Counted from the stretch's first letter, positions 48,444-59,520 are shown. The stretch: DNA of 64,000 bases from an uncultured Planctomycetaceae bacterium (GCA_964472545.1 CAYYNP010000011.1:1-64000); one strand, 5' to 3'. Notes: generated by a model not told the origin, from the letters alone. Numbers and translations: made by a program.

Positions 48444-49918
48444 CGCTGCGCCTCAAACCCCGTCCGCGGACGATCCCCCACGTCGGCCGGGTCGTCCCTC
48501 AACTCGCGCTGTAACCGAAGCAGTTCCGCCTTCAACTCCGTCACCACTTCACGATACGCCGGATCCGCGTAGACGTTGTTCAACTCATTCGGGTCCTTCG
48601 TCAGGTCGAACAACTCCCACTGATCGATGCCGTCGAAGTGGATCAACTTGTGCGTCATCGTCCGCACGCCTAAGTGCCGCGGCAATTGGAAGTGGGAGAA
48701 GTAGTAGCGATAGTACATCGCACGCCGCCAGTCGCCCGGCGTGTTGCCCTCCAAAAGCGGCAAGAAGCTACGCCCTTGCATCACCTCGGGCACCTTCTGC
48801 CCGACCGCCGCCAAAAGCGTAGCGGCGAAGTCGAGATTTAGCACCATGTCGTGGTTGACGGTGCCCGACGCGACGCGCGAAGGCCAGCGCACCAACAGCG
48901 GCATCCGCAACGCTTCTTCGTACATCAACCGCTTGTCGTAGAGACCGTGCTCGCCGAGAAAGAAACCCTGGTCGGCCGTATAGACGACGATCGTGTTTTC
49001 GGCCAGTCCGGCGGAGTCGAGATAGTCGAGAATCCGCCCCACGTTGTCGTCCACGCCCCGCACGCAACGCAGATAATTCTTGATGTAAAGCTGATACTGG
49101 GCCTTCTTCCGCGCGGCGCCTTGAAGGTGGCCCGTCTCGCGGACGTAGTCGGTGTGATGGCCCCAGCGGCTGCCGATGTATTGCAGTGTGGTACGCAGCG
49201 CATCGCAGCGCGTGGCGTAGTCGTCGAACAGCGTCGCCGGCTCCGGCATCTCGACGTCGGCAAACAACGCATCGTATCGCTCGGCGTGGTCAAACGGGTC
49301 GTGCGGGGCCTTGAAGTGGCAGAACAGCATAAACGGCTTGTCGGCCGGGCGGACGTTCTTCAGGTAGTGCAGCGCCCTGCCCGCCACCACGTCGGACGAG
49401 TGGCCGCGATACGCGGTCGTCTTGCCCCGGCGCACCTGGCCGCTGGGATCTTCGTCGCCGATTTCGACCAGCACCGGGTCGTGATAACGCCCCTGGCCTG
49501 GCAAGATCGAAAAGAAATCAAAGCCTACCGGATTCGAGTGCAGGTGATACTTGCCCACGATCGCCGTGTGATAACCGGCGCTCTGTATGATCTTCGGCAA
49601 CGTCGGCTGGCGTTGATCGAGCGCGGTGAACTTGTAGACGCCGTTGACGTGGGAATACGTGCCGGTGAAGATCACCGCCCGGCTGGGCGTGCAGATCGAG
49701 TTCGTACAGAAGCAGTTGCGAAACAGCATGCCTTCCTTGGCGAGCCGGTCGATCTGCGGCGTCGGGGCCGCGTCGGCGAGGAAACCACGATACGCGCTGA
49801 TCGCCGGAGCCGCGTGATCGTCCGACATGATGAACAGCACGTTCGGCGGCCGCTCGGCCGCGCGGGCGGCGCTCGCGATGAGGGTGCAGAAGAGAAGCAG
49901 CGGGAGGATGCGATACAT
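48440..49918 (-). CDS. Cys-type sulfatase (arylsulfatase family) with signal peptide.
   Basis: PNVLFIMSDDHA, then CTNSICTPSRAVIFTG (C-x-P-x-R formylglycine motif), GKYHLH, and the sulfatase C-terminal blocks. Signal peptide MYRILPLLLFCTLIASAARA. Confidence 0.9.
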   Translation of the reverse strand: MYRILPLLLFCTLIASAARAAERPPNVLFIMSDDHAAPAISAYRGFLADAAPTPQIDRLAKEGMLFRNCFCTNSICTPSRAVIFTGTYSHVNGVYKFTALDQRQPTLPKIIQSAGYHTAIVGKYHLHSNPVGFDFFSILPGQGRYHDPVLVEIGDEDPSGQVRRGKTTAYRGHSSDVVAGRALHYLKNVRPADKPFMLFCHFKAPHDPFDHAERYDALFADVEMPEPATLFDDYATRCDALRTTLQYIGSRWGHHTDYVRETGHLQGAARKKAQYQLYIKNYLRCVRGVDDNVGRILDYLDSAGLAENTIVVYTADQGFFLGEHGLYDKRLMYEEALRMPLLVRWPSRVASGTVNHDMVLNLDFAATLLAAVGQKVPEVMQGRSFLPLLEGNTPGDWRRAMYYRYYFSHFQLPRHLGVRTMTHKLIHFDGIDQWELFDLTKDPNELNNVYADPAYREVVTELKAELLRLQRELRDDPADVGDRPRTGFEAQR

Positions 49919-50052
49919 GGAGATTCTCCTGGGGTCTGGGGAATCCTCGCATCATAGCCGATTCTCACGAAGGAAGCACGCTATTAGCCGACGGGCTTCG
50001 CGTGAGTGCGTTGCCGAACCGGCGTCTGGAAACACGATGACCATTCGACATG

Positions 50053-50074
50053 AGAAATGCTCCCAAACCGGAGT
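50053..50074. terminator. Hairpin ctcccaaac cgga gtttgggag downstream of the SurA-like gene.
   Basis: Seen in sequence, 50 nt past the minus-strand stop at 50124. Shares the CCCAAAC/GTTTGGG stem motif with the hairpin at 29978. Confidence 0.5.
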
Positions 50075-50123
50075 TTGGGAGCAAGGTTGACGAGATAAGA
50101 CGCGGGTAGCGATCCGTCGGCAA

Positions 50124-52034
50124 CTACCGCGGCGTCGCCGGCACGGCAGCCGGGCGGGCGGCGGCCGCCTGTGGCCGGTGGCTGGTGCCGGCCAGATGGT
50201 TGTCGATGCGGGCCGTGTCGAAAAGCTGCTCGAAGAGCTTGGCCATCTCGAGTCGCTGTTTCTTCTCGTAGATGTCTTCGTAGATCTCGCGATAGACCTC
50301 TTCGAGCTTCACGTCGATCGGCTTGGTGTGGCCCAGGCAATAGAGCACGACGAAGCGTTCCTCGATTTGGATCACGCCCGACAGGTCGCCCAGTTTGAGC
50401 GAGAAGGCCTCTTTCTCCAACAGCGGCTCGCCGGCGTGGCGGCGGATCGGCGGGACTTCGCCCCGCAGCGCGCGGACGTTCGGCTCGATCGAATAGCGCT
50501 CGGAAAGCTCGCCGAAGTACTCCGCCGTACGATTGTCGCGGGCCATTTCCCAGACCTCTTGGGCGCGGCGGAAGTTGTTGGTCACCACGGCCAGGCAGCG
50601 CACCCGGGGGCCGTAGTTCGACTCGAACCCCTTGTTGATGTCTTCCTGGGTGACCGTCACGCCGTTGCCCACCAGTTTCTTTAACGCCACCGTCGGCCAG
50701 ACCGAATCGTGGCGGTAGTTCGCGACCGACACGCCCTGACGCTCGGTGACCATGTCGATCCAACCGGCCACGTCCGGCTTGCCGTCTATAAGCGGCAGAG
50801 AGACGGAGGCCGCCCGGGCGATCTCGGCGTCGAGATCTTCGTCGGTGATCGCGATCTTGGCCCGCGCGCAGGCCAGCTCGATCAGCGTGCGGTTGATGGT
50901 CCCTTCGAGCACTTCTTGACCGTGCCGCTTGACGCACTCTTCGGCAAGCTGCGGGAAGTAGATCGGCTGGCCGTTGACCACTGCGGCGATGGGCGGCGAG
51001 CGTTGTGCCAAGGTCGGGTCTTCGTAGTAGGTCCGCACGTTGGATTGCGTCTTGAGTTGCTGGAAGATCTCGGTCCCGGTACGCCGCAGCTTGCCGGCCC
51101 GGATAACTTCCTCGAGCTGCCCTTTGACCTCCGCGAGCTTCACGCCCCGAACGGCCGGCATTTCCGCTTCGCGCTTGAGGATCACGCACTGGCCGCCGGC
51201 TTGAATTACCTGGGAGACTTCGCCGTCCTGCATGTTGAAGGCGGCCAGTTCAATCTGCTGGTAGCGGCTGTGGCGGCGGATCGGCTCGATCAGCCCCTTG
51301 GTGGCGGCGCTGGCGTCTTCGGAATGCTCTTTGGCCAATTCGCCGAAGCTTTCCGGAGCGGCGGCCGCCTGGGCACGAACCGCTGCAGCCTTCTGCGGGT
51401 CCTTCATCAGAATGGCCCGGGCGCGAATCGCCGGTCCGTATTGCGTCTCGTACGCCTCGTTGAGTTCCTGCGGCGTTACCTCCAACTGGGTGCCGGCCAG
51501 CCGGCGCAGCGCCAGCAGCGGCCAGATGATGTCGTGGGCATATTGCGAGGGCGTGATACCGCGTTCCTCTCTCAATAGCTTCTGCCATTGATCGAGCGGC
51601 AGCTTGAACCGTTCGGCCTTGCGTTTGATCTCGGCGTCGACTTCCTCCTGGCTGACGGTGATGTTGTAGCGCTGGCACTCGTGTTCGATCAGCAGCCGAT
51701 TCAGATACAGATCGAGCACCTCCTCGCCATAGTGGTTGAGGCACTCTTGGGCCAGTTGGTTGGCGGAAACCTTATGGCCGTTGACCGTGGCGACGACTTC
51801 GAGCCGCCTGGTCGTGGTCTGCTGGGAAGCCGGAGCCGTCGCAGAGCGGCCGGCCTCAGGGGCCGGCTGGGAAACCTCTTTGCCAAACCCATCGGCGGCT
51901 GCCGGCTGGCTGCCGAAGTAGCTCCGAAGCGCCAAGCTCGCGGCGACCACCGCCACGCCGCCGACGATCATGCCGAGGTATGCCCTGCGCCCTTTGACGC
52001 GAGAAATCAAGCCCGTCCATCGCTTCCCGTTCAT
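50124..52034 (-). CDS. SurA/PrsA-family periplasmic peptidyl-prolyl isomerase/chaperone (duplicated SurA-N-like domains).
   Basis: N-terminal TM/signal anchor. Two similar halves (VATVNGHKVSANQLAQECLNHYGEEVLDLYLNRLLIEHECQRYNITVSQEEVDAEI and AAVVNGQPIYFPQLAEECVKRHGQEVLEGTINRTLIELACARAKIAITDEDLDAEI), each followed by PPIC-type-like regions. Confidence 0.7.
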   Translation of the reverse strand: MNGKRWTGLISRVKGRRAYLGMIVGGVAVVAASLALRSYFGSQPAAADGFGKEVSQPAPEAGRSATAPASQQTTTRRLEVVATVNGHKVSANQLAQECLNHYGEEVLDLYLNRLLIEHECQRYNITVSQEEVDAEIKRKAERFKLPLDQWQKLLREERGITPSQYAHDIIWPLLALRRLAGTQLEVTPQELNEAYETQYGPAIRARAILMKDPQKAAAVRAQAAAAPESFGELAKEHSEDASAATKGLIEPIRRHSRYQQIELAAFNMQDGEVSQVIQAGGQCVILKREAEMPAVRGVKLAEVKGQLEEVIRAGKLRRTGTEIFQQLKTQSNVRTYYEDPTLAQRSPPIAAVVNGQPIYFPQLAEECVKRHGQEVLEGTINRTLIELACARAKIAITDEDLDAEIARAASVSLPLIDGKPDVAGWIDMVTERQGVSVANYRHDSVWPTVALKKLVGNGVTVTQEDINKGFESNYGPRVRCLAVVTNNFRRAQEVWEMARDNRTAEYFGELSERYSIEPNVRALRGEVPPIRRHAGEPLLEKEAFSLKLGDLSGVIQIEERFVVLYCLGHTKPIDVKLEEVYREIYEDIYEKKQRLEMAKLFEQLFDTARIDNHLAGTSHRPQAAAARPAAVPATPR

Positions 52035-52236
52035 CGCGGTTCCTCCGTAAACCGTTGGTTATCAGTCGCTTGCGCACATACGGGTGGCATCCATGCACCG
52101 TAGAGGCGGGGCAAGTATAGGCAGCCACCTTGGCTGGGGCAAGAGCGATTGGGCAGACCGCAGAGTATGAGACGAGTGTGTGCCACTGCTCCGCAGAAGC
52201 AGTGGGACCCAGTCTTGCCATTCTCTGAACGAACCG

Positions 52237-53277
52237 CTAGCGACCGCACTCCTCGCGGAGGATCTCGATCGCACGCTCGACGTCGTCGGCGTCGACGTTC
52301 AGGTGGGTCACCGCGCGGATGGCCGACCTGCCGAGAGCCAGCACGTGTAAACCGTGACGCGCCAGCCGCTCGGCGAACGTTTCGGCGGTGGCCCATTGCG
52401 GATCGACACGGAAGAAGAGCAAGTTGGTGTCGGGCATGCCGCGATCGAGGGCAAGATGGTCGATCTTGGTGATCGCCTCGGCCAGACGGCGGGCGTTGGC
52501 GTGGTCCTCGGCCAGACGCTCGACGTGGTTCTCCAAGGCGTATAGGGCGCCTGCGGCGGCGATCCCGGCCTGGCGCATCCCCCCACCGAGTACCTTGCGA
52601 TGACGGCGGGCCTCGTCGATCAACTCTTGGGATCCCACCAGTGCAGAGCCGATCGGCGCTCCGAGCCCCTTGCTGAAGCAGACGCTGACCGTGTCGAAAT
52701 GCCGTGCCCAGCGCGACGCCTCGATACCGCTGGCTATCGCCGCGTTGAACAGCCGGGCACCGTCGAGATGGGTCCGCAGGCCGTTGTCGTGGGCCCAAGC
52801 GCAGATGTCTTCCACGGTTTCGTAGGGCAGCACCCGGCCGCCGCCCCGGTTGTGGGTGTTTTCGAGGCAGACCAGCCGCGTGCGGGGAAAATGGACGTCG
52901 TCCGGGCGGATTAGCCCGTCGAGTTGTTCCGGGCGCAACACGCCACCCTCTCCCTCGATCGGCCTGGGGGCTACCCCGCTGAGTTGCGCATAACCCGCCT
53001 GCTCGTAATAGACGATGTGGCAGTTCGCGTCGCAGATCAACTCGTCGCCCGGCCGACAATGCAGTCGCACACCGATCAGATTCGACATCGTGCCGGAGGC
53101 CACATAGATTGCCGCCTCTTTGCCGAGCATCTCGGCCACGCGCTGTTGAAGGCGATTGACCGTCGGATCGTCGCCAAAGACGTCGTCGCCCACCTCGGCC
53201 TCGGCGATGGCGGCCCGCATGGCAGGGGTGGGCCTGGTGACCGTGTCGCTGCGGAAGTCGAGAAACTGGCGGGGCAT
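52237..53277 (-). CDS. ltaE: Low-specificity L-threonine aldolase (PLP-dependent).
   Basis: From the ATG at 53277. [11 protein letters not shown] and SGTMSNL, the PLP-lysine region [15 protein letters not shown], and [16 protein letters not shown], all typical of LtaE/GLY1. Confidence 0.85.
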   Translation of the reverse strand: MPRQFLDFRSDTVTRPTPAMRAAIAEAEVGDDVFGDDPTVNRLQQRVAEMLGKEAAIYVASGTMSNLIGVRLHCRPGDELICDANCHIVYYEQAGYAQLSGVAPRPIEGEGGVLRPEQLDGLIRPDDVHFPRTRLVCLENTHNRGGGRVLPYETVEDICAWAHDNGLRTHLDGARLFNAAIASGIEASRWARHFDTVSVCFSKGLGAPIGSALVGSQELIDEARRHRKVLGGGMRQAGIAAAGALYALENHVERLAEDHANARRLAEAITKIDHLALDRGMPDTNLLFFRVDPQWATAETFAERLARHGLHVLALGRSAIRAVTHLNVDADDVERAIEILREECGR

Positions 53278-53561
53278 TACATAGTCCTTCGTGGGGAGTA
53301 AGAGCAACGGTGGATGCCAATTATCCCGCGGCGAGTTGCGCGTCGCAAGGTCTTACGGATCGGGCATCGCCGGAGTGCATTTTCGCCGAACACTGGCTCC
53401 GCGGGCGACTCGATCGGCGAATTCGGCCGTCGAGTTTGCGCAACCCGCAAAGTCGCGCGGAAACTTGCGTACAACCGGAATAATCGATCAATGGCGTGGA
53501 ATTCGACGGTCCGATACATAGGAAAGGATCGATACGATCGATACTGTTCGGGGTAAGTCGA

Positions 53562-55712
53562 ATGAACCTTGCGGAGCCGTCGACGATGGCCGTCCGATCG
53601 AAACTTGGGGCAATGTGCGGCTTCTGCTTTGCCCTGTGGTGGACGTCTGCCACGTTGGCCCAGCCGGCGACGCCGTTTGAGGAGGAGCGATCCGCCGGCG
53701 CCGTCGCACCGATGCCGCCTCGTGGCGACACTCCCGACGGCTCCGAAACGTCTGAAGCGTCCGACTCGGACGATATCCTCGAGATGGATATCGAGCAACT
53801 CAGCCGTCTGGACGTGGTCGTACCGGCGATGGACGTGGAGGTCACGTCGGTCACGCGGACCGAGAGCACGGTGGGCCGGTCGGCGGCGGCGGTCTTTGTA
53901 ATCGACCAGGAGATGATCCGCCGCAGCGGCGCCCGCTGTATTCCCGAGGCGTTGCAGATGGCGCCGGGCTTGGAGGTCGCCCGGATCGATTCCAGCCGTT
54001 GGGCCGTCAGTGCGCGGGGCTTCAACAGTCGATTTGCCAACAAGCTGCTGGTGCAGATCGACGGTCGCTCGGTCTATACGCCGAATTTCTCCGGCGTGTT
54101 TTGGGAAGCGTTGGACGTAATGCTCGAGGACATCGAACGGATCGAAGTGATCCGCGGCCCCGGCGCCACGGTTTGGGGTTCCAACGCGGTCAACGGTGTG
54201 ATCAACATCATCACGAAGAAGGCCAAAGACACGCAGGGCTTGTTGCTCAGCGGCGGTGCGGGCAACGAGGAGCGGGGATTCACCGGGCTGCGCTACGGCG
54301 GCCGGCGCTCGAATGACCTGCAATGGCGCGTCTACACGAAGCAGTACGACCGGGATCGAGGCACCGTGCCCGGGGCCACGGCCGCGGACGATCATCGACT
54401 GGTGCAAAGCGGTTTTCGGGCCGATTGGACGCCCAACTGCTGCGATACGATCACCGTGCAGGGCGACTACTTCGTCGGCGATCAGGGGATGCGATATCCC
54501 GAGCAGCTTGGCGTCGCGCCCTATTCGCGCGTGGTGGACGAAGACGTGAGGCTCTCCGGCGGCAACGTCCTGATGCGTTGGGATCGCGACCAGGGCGACG
54601 GCCGGAGTTGGGCGTTGCAGTGCTACTACAATCGGTTCTCGCGAGAACTCAGCGTGCTGGAGGAAAGCCTCGACACGATCGACGTCGATTTCCAGCAGCA
54701 GATTCCCGTGGCCGCCCGCCACAAACTGATCTACGGCGGCGGCTACCGCTACCATACGGATCACTTACCCGGCGGGTTTTCGGTCCGCTTCGACCCCGAC
54801 CGCCGCGACACGAATCTGTTCAGCTACTTCGTACAGGACGAAATCACGCTCAGCGAAGAGCGGCTGTTTCTCACCGTAGGCTCGAAGTTCGAGCATAGCA
54901 GCTACACGCCGTTCGAGTACCAGCCCAGCGCCCGGCTGTTGTTCAGTCCCGATCCGCGCCGTGCGGTCTGGGGGGCCGTTTCGCGGGCCGTGCGGTCGCC
55001 AGCTCGGGCGGACGACGATATGCGCAACCGCATCCGCAACATCCCACTCGGGCCTCCGCCGGCTCCGCCGATGTACGTGCAACTGACCGGCGACCGCTCG
55101 ATCGAATCGGAAGACATGCTGGCCTTCGAGGCCGGCTATCGGGCCCAGCCCACCGACCGCTTCTCTTGGGACGTGGCCTTGTTCTTCAATCGTTACGAGG
55201 ACCTCGTGGTCTTCGTCCCCAACGCGGTCTTTCCTACGCCGCCTCCGCCGCTGATCTGGACGTGGGACGCGATGAATGCCATGAGGGGCGACACTTACGG
55301 CGGGGAGCTTACGGCCACGTTGGCGATCAACCCTTGTTGGCGAGTGACCGGATCGTACAGCTTTCTGCGAATGGCGCTCCAGACCGATCCGGGGATCGAT
55401 CCGGCGCTGGAGGCGCCCGAAGAGGCCAGCCCTCGCAATCGGGTCTATCTCCGTTCGTCTTGGGATCTGGTCCATAATCTGGAGTTTGACCTGACGCTAC
55501 GCTACGTCGACAGCATCGTCGTCCAGCGCAACCCCTTCGCCAGCTACATCACGATGGACGTACGGCTGGGATGGCGCCCCAGCGACCACTTCGAGATGGC
55601 CGTGGTCGGACAGAACCTTCTTGACGGCCACCACTACGAGTTCTTCGGCCAGGACGCGCTCGCCACACAGGTCGATCGTGGGGCGTACGGGATGGTCACC
55701 TGGCGCTATTGA
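53562..55712 (+). CDS. TonB-dependent outer-membrane receptor.
   Basis: Signal peptide, plug domain (RSGARCIPEALQMAPGLEVARID, LLVQIDGRSVYTP, IERIEVIRGPGATVWGSNAVNGVINIITK), a long beta-barrel, and a C-terminal aromatic residue (..MVTWRY). Confidence 0.8.
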   Translation: MNLAEPSTMAVRSKLGAMCGFCFALWWTSATLAQPATPFEEERSAGAVAPMPPRGDTPDGSETSEASDSDDILEMDIEQLSRLDVVVPAMDVEVTSVTRTESTVGRSAAAVFVIDQEMIRRSGARCIPEALQMAPGLEVARIDSSRWAVSARGFNSRFANKLLVQIDGRSVYTPNFSGVFWEALDVMLEDIERIEVIRGPGATVWGSNAVNGVINIITKKAKDTQGLLLSGGAGNEERGFTGLRYGGRRSNDLQWRVYTKQYDRDRGTVPGATAADDHRLVQSGFRADWTPNCCDTITVQGDYFVGDQGMRYPEQLGVAPYSRVVDEDVRLSGGNVLMRWDRDQGDGRSWALQCYYNRFSRELSVLEESLDTIDVDFQQQIPVAARHKLIYGGGYRYHTDHLPGGFSVRFDPDRRDTNLFSYFVQDEITLSEERLFLTVGSKFEHSSYTPFEYQPSARLLFSPDPRRAVWGAVSRAVRSPARADDDMRNRIRNIPLGPPPAPPMYVQLTGDRSIESEDMLAFEAGYRAQPTDRFSWDVALFFNRYEDLVVFVPNAVFPTPPPPLIWTWDAMNAMRGDTYGGELTATLAINPCWRVTGSYSFLRMALQTDPGIDPALEAPEEASPRNRVYLRSSWDLVHNLEFDLTLRYVDSIVVQRNPFASYITMDVRLGWRPSDHFEMAVVGQNLLDGHHYEFFGQDALATQVDRGAYGMVTWRY

Positions 55713-55826
55713 GGCCAAGCGGGAGTTGATAGTGCTTGCACGGCGCATAGTAGGCGTCTCGCTCCGCGAGACGGGCCACATCTCGCGGAGCGAGATGGCT
55801 ACTGTGCAAGTACCACGCTCTTCCGT

Positions 55827-56384
55827 CTAATCGATAGGCTCGAGCATGAAATCGTCGATCGCCACCGACGCGCCTTGCTGCAGGAAGTTCACCGCGACCA
55901 ACAACCGGCAGTCGCCGCGACGCGAGAGCACCGTCCCTTCCAGGCCGATCATCGATCCCCCTTTGACGCGAACCCGCCGGCCCGGCTGAAGCCGGCGCTC
56001 GACCGTCAACGGCGCATCGGCGACAATCAGACGGCGAATCTGCCCGAGATCGTGTACCAACGCGTCTTGGGCCTCGACCGGCAGAATGCGGGAGATCCGG
56101 TTGGTCTTCAGCGCCCGCAGCCGTTCCTCCTCCGACCCGAAGAGGAACACGTAGCCGGCGAACAGCGGGATGTGCGACTGGACCCGCTTGCCCCGGATCA
56201 GGTGGTCTCGGGGGATCAACGGCAAGAAGAACGGGACCTCGAACTTCACCAGTTCCCTCGCCAATGCCTTCTCCTGCCGCGCCTTGGTGTAGATCACCTG
56301 CCACGACCGCTGCGATGGCCCCAAGGGCGGCTCTTCGAGCAGGTCTGCGGGGAACACGCTCGTTTCGGCGGGGTGGATCGGCAT
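55827..56384 (-). CDS. NusG-paralog transcription antiterminator (NGN plus KOW, UpxY/LoaP-like).
   Basis: From the ATG at 56384. NGN domain WQVIYTKARQEKALARELVKFEVPFFLPL and KOW GRRVRVKGGSMIGLEGTVL. The upstream 36 codons of the track ORF would overlap the purF 3-prime end. Confidence 0.6.
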   Translation of the reverse strand: MPIHPAETSVFPADLLEEPPLGPSQRSWQVIYTKARQEKALARELVKFEVPFFLPLIPRDHLIRGKRVQSHIPLFAGYVFLFGSEEERLRALKTNRISRILPVEAQDALVHDLGQIRRLIVADAPLTVERRLQPGRRVRVKGGSMIGLEGTVLSRRGDCRLLVAVNFLQQGASVAIDDFMLEPID

Positions 56385-56424
56385 CGCGGAATCCTTTCGG
56401 CGCGGCAGGCAACTTCTCGGGTGT

Positions 56425-58002
56425 CTACTGCCCGCTGCGGGCGGCTTCGTACGTCCGGCCGTCGACCTGATTGCGGTAGTTTTCCGCGGCAATCTCGGCC
56501 AATTTCCGACCGCAGGGAGTAGGATATTGCCCGGTGATGCAAGCCCGGCAGAGACTCTCCGGCTCGAACCCGATCGCCCGAGCGACCGATTCGACCGGCA
56601 GATAGCGGAGCGAGTCGGCCTCCAGCGCCGTGGCCATCTCGCGCTCGGTCTGTTCGGTCGGCGTTTGGCCTTTGAGGAACTGTGGGGCGAAGAGTTCGCC
56701 GATGGTCGACATATCGATGCCGTAGAAGCAGGGCGAGACGATCGGCGGGCACGCCACCCGAACGTGGATCTCCTTCGGCATGCCGAGATGGCGGATGCGC
56801 TGCACCAACGCCCGCAACGTGGTGCCGCGAACGATCGAATCCTCGACCAGCAGGACTCGCTTGCCTTCGAGAACTTCTCCCAGCGGCGTGTACTTCGTCT
56901 CGGCCTTGCGTTTGCGATTTCCGCTGCCTTCGATAAACGTTCGCCCCGTGTAGCGGTTGCGAATCAGGCCCTCGACGCTGGGGATCTTCAACGCGAAGGC
57001 CATCGCATCGGCGGCCGCCTTGCTGGTGTCGGGGACGGGCACCACGACGGTGTCTTCGTCGATCGGCACGGTTTCCAGCCGGGCCAGTTCCTCGCCCAAC
57101 GCCTTGCGGGAAAGGTAAACGCTACGTCCGTCCAGCGTGCTGGCGACGTTCGAGAAGTAGACCCACTCGAAGAAACAGTGGGCCCTGCCCGACGTGGGGG
57201 CGAAACTGCGAAACTCCAGCCGCCCGTCGGTGACGATCGCCGCCTGGCCCGGCGGCAACGACTTGATGCTCTCCGGCGCGAACCCCAGGTTCAACAAGGC
57301 CACGCTCTCGCTGGCCGCGGCAAACAGCGGCCCCTCGAGCGCGTAGCTCAGCGGCTTGATGCCCAGCGGATCTCGGGCGACGAGCATATCGCCCAGCGCG
57401 TCGAGAAACACCAGGCTATAGGCTCCGTCGAACGACTCGCCCAACTCGCGGCAGACGTCCAACAGCGGCCGGCGGCGGTCGACCGACAGAGCCCTGCACA
57501 GTTCGTGCATGATGATCTCGGTGTCGGTCTCTCGCGAGAGGTAATTGTCGTTGTCGCCGAGAAGCCGCTTTCGCAAGTCGACGTAGTTGGCCAACTGGCC
57601 GTTGAAGCCGAAGCTGAACCACTTGTGCTTCTTGATATGGTGCCGCTCGAACGGCTGGGCGTAGCTGCGGTCGTCCCGGCCACAGGTGGCATAGCGGACG
57701 TGGCCGATCGCCGCCCGGCCCGTATACTCCTGCATCAACGCCTCGCACTTCGCCCTATGGCTCAGCCGAAACACGGCGTTGACGCTGCCGATATCCTTAT
57801 GCGTATCGATCAACTGCCGCCGGGCCGGGTCGTAGCTGGTCATGCCGGCCGAAAGCTGGCCGCGGTTCTGGATGTCCAGCAGCATCCGCGGCATCAACCG
57901 CGACACCTCTTCCGGCCCCTGCGCGGGGCACAAAGGGCTGGTCCCCCGATTGGGCAGGTGGTAGATCGCCGCTACGCCGCATTCGTCTCGGATTTCGCTC
58001 AT
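56425..58002 (-). CDS. purF: Amidophosphoribosyltransferase (glutamine PRPP amidotransferase) with a short propeptide.
   Basis: [14 protein letters not shown] (N-terminal nucleophile Cys after a propeptide). The PRTase-domain PRPP-binding loop [15 protein letters not shown]-terminal Cys cluster [23 protein letters not shown] is consistent with the 4Fe-4S type. Confidence 0.9.
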   Translation of the reverse strand: MSEIRDECGVAAIYHLPNRGTSPLCPAQGPEEVSRLMPRMLLDIQNRGQLSAGMTSYDPARRQLIDTHKDIGSVNAVFRLSHRAKCEALMQEYTGRAAIGHVRYATCGRDDRSYAQPFERHHIKKHKWFSFGFNGQLANYVDLRKRLLGDNDNYLSRETDTEIIMHELCRALSVDRRRPLLDVCRELGESFDGAYSLVFLDALGDMLVARDPLGIKPLSYALEGPLFAAASESVALLNLGFAPESIKSLPPGQAAIVTDGRLEFRSFAPTSGRAHCFFEWVYFSNVASTLDGRSVYLSRKALGEELARLETVPIDEDTVVVPVPDTSKAAADAMAFALKIPSVEGLIRNRYTGRTFIEGSGNRKRKAETKYTPLGEVLEGKRVLLVEDSIVRGTTLRALVQRIRHLGMPKEIHVRVACPPIVSPCFYGIDMSTIGELFAPQFLKGQTPTEQTEREMATALEADSLRYLPVESVARAIGFEPESLCRACITGQYPTPCGRKLAEIAAENYRNQVDGRTYEAARSGQ

Positions 58003-58343
58003 AGGTCACGGGCGCTGACGTAGTGGAAGCCGGAACTTCAAGGAGGCAACGGGCGCGGCCGCCGGCAGGAACCGCCCGAAGTGCGCGGTAGCGACCGCAA
58101 CACCTCCGTGCGGCGGCTCATTCGCGACAACTCTATCCATTCTAGATCCCCACGTGGGTTCCGACAACGGGGCACCGCGGCCGGCACCTTTTCGGCCGCC
58201 ACAGCTTGCGTTATCATCGAGTCTTGCCCACCGCAGAAGACTCGTGTGCCCCCCCGCGATGATGGGCAACTCGGCAACCTTCGGCCCACAACGCTGCCCA
58301 CCGCGTACTGCCTACTGTCTACTGCTTACCGCCCACTCCTCCC

Positions 58344-59498
58344 ATGCCTGATCTCCTCCGCCAAGAAATCGCCGCCACCGCCACCACGATCGTGGTGAAA
58401 GTCGGCACGCGCGTGCTCGCCCACGACGACGGACGGCTCGACCCGGTGCAGATCGAGCGGCTGGCCGAACAGGTCCATCGAGTGTTGGCCAGCGGCCGGA
58501 AAGTCGTGCTGGTCAGTTCCGGTGCGGTCGGAGCGGGCATGGGCCGGCTGGGACTTTCGCACCGGCCGGACGACCTGGCGACGCTTCAGGCGGTGGCGGC
58601 CGTCGGCCAAAGCGCGTTGGTCGAAGCCTACGAGCGGACGCTGCGAACGCACGGCCACCACGTTGCCCAGGTGTTGTTGACCGCCGACGGTCTCGAACAT
58701 CGCACGCAGTATCTCAACGCGCGAAACACGCTGCTGGCGCTTCTGGAACTCCCGGCCGTGCCGGTGATCAACGAAAATGACACGGTGGCGGTCGACGAGC
58801 TGCAGACCACCTTCGGCGATAACGACCGGCTGGCGGCGATCGTCACCAACCTGATTCAGGCCCCGCTGCTGGTGTTGCTTTCCGACGTCGAAGGACTCTA
58901 CGACGGCGACCCGGCCGAGCCCGACAGCCGCCTGGTGCCGGTGGTGCATCGCGTGGACGACTCGATTCTCGCTCTGGCCGAGGTCGACAACGGCGGCATC
59001 GAGCCGGGGGGCCTCAGCAAAGGGGGCATGGCCAGCAAGCTGGGGGCGGCGCGGTTGGCCGCCGCGGCCGGCGAGAACGTGATCATCGCCGGCGGCCACG
59101 TCCCCAACGTGCTGGGGAAGATCGTCGCCGGGGAGCCCGTCGGCACGTTGGTTCTTGCCGAAGGACAGACGGTTGCCGCACGCAAGCGATGGATCGGCCT
59201 GACCGTGCAACCCCGCGGCCGGCTGCTGTTGGACGCCGGCGCCCGCCGGGCCGTCGAGCACGACGGCCGCAGCCTGTTGCCGATCGGCATCACGGCCGCC
59301 GAAGGCGATTTCAGCAAAGGCGACGTGCTCGCGCTGTGCGACGCCGACGGTAACGAGTTCGCCCGCGGGTTGACCAACTACGCCTCGGCCGACGTGCAGC
59401 GGATCATCGGCCTGCGGACCGACCGCATTGCCGCCGCGTTGGGGCACTGCCCTTACGACGAAGTGATCCATCGCGACAATCTGCTGGTGACGCGGTAG
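58344..59498 (+). CDS. proB: Glutamate 5-kinase with a C-terminal PUA domain.
   Basis: VVKVGTRVL, VVLVSSGAVGAG, PVINENDTVAVDEL and DNDRLAA blocks. C-terminal PUA region LLLDAGARRAVEHDGRSLLPIGI. Confidence 0.9.
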   Translation: MPDLLRQEIAATATTIVVKVGTRVLAHDDGRLDPVQIERLAEQVHRVLASGRKVVLVSSGAVGAGMGRLGLSHRPDDLATLQAVAAVGQSALVEAYERTLRTHGHHVAQVLLTADGLEHRTQYLNARNTLLALLELPAVPVINENDTVAVDELQTTFGDNDRLAAIVTNLIQAPLLVLLSDVEGLYDGDPAEPDSRLVPVVHRVDDSILALAEVDNGGIEPGGLSKGGMASKLGAARLAAAAGENVIIAGGHVPNVLGKIVAGEPVGTLVLAEGQTVAARKRWIGLTVQPRGRLLLDAGARRAVEHDGRSLLPIGITAAEGDFSKGDVLALCDADGNEFARGLTNYASADVQRIIGLRTDRIAAALGHCPYDEVIHRDNLLVTR

Positions 59499-59520
59499 AA
59501 CGGCCAGAGTTGGCTACAAT

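Noticed and set aside
49984-51189. 401-aa minus-strand ORF.
   Set aside because: Arg-rich, and out of frame within the SurA-like gene 50124..52034, which has a coherent duplicated-domain structure.
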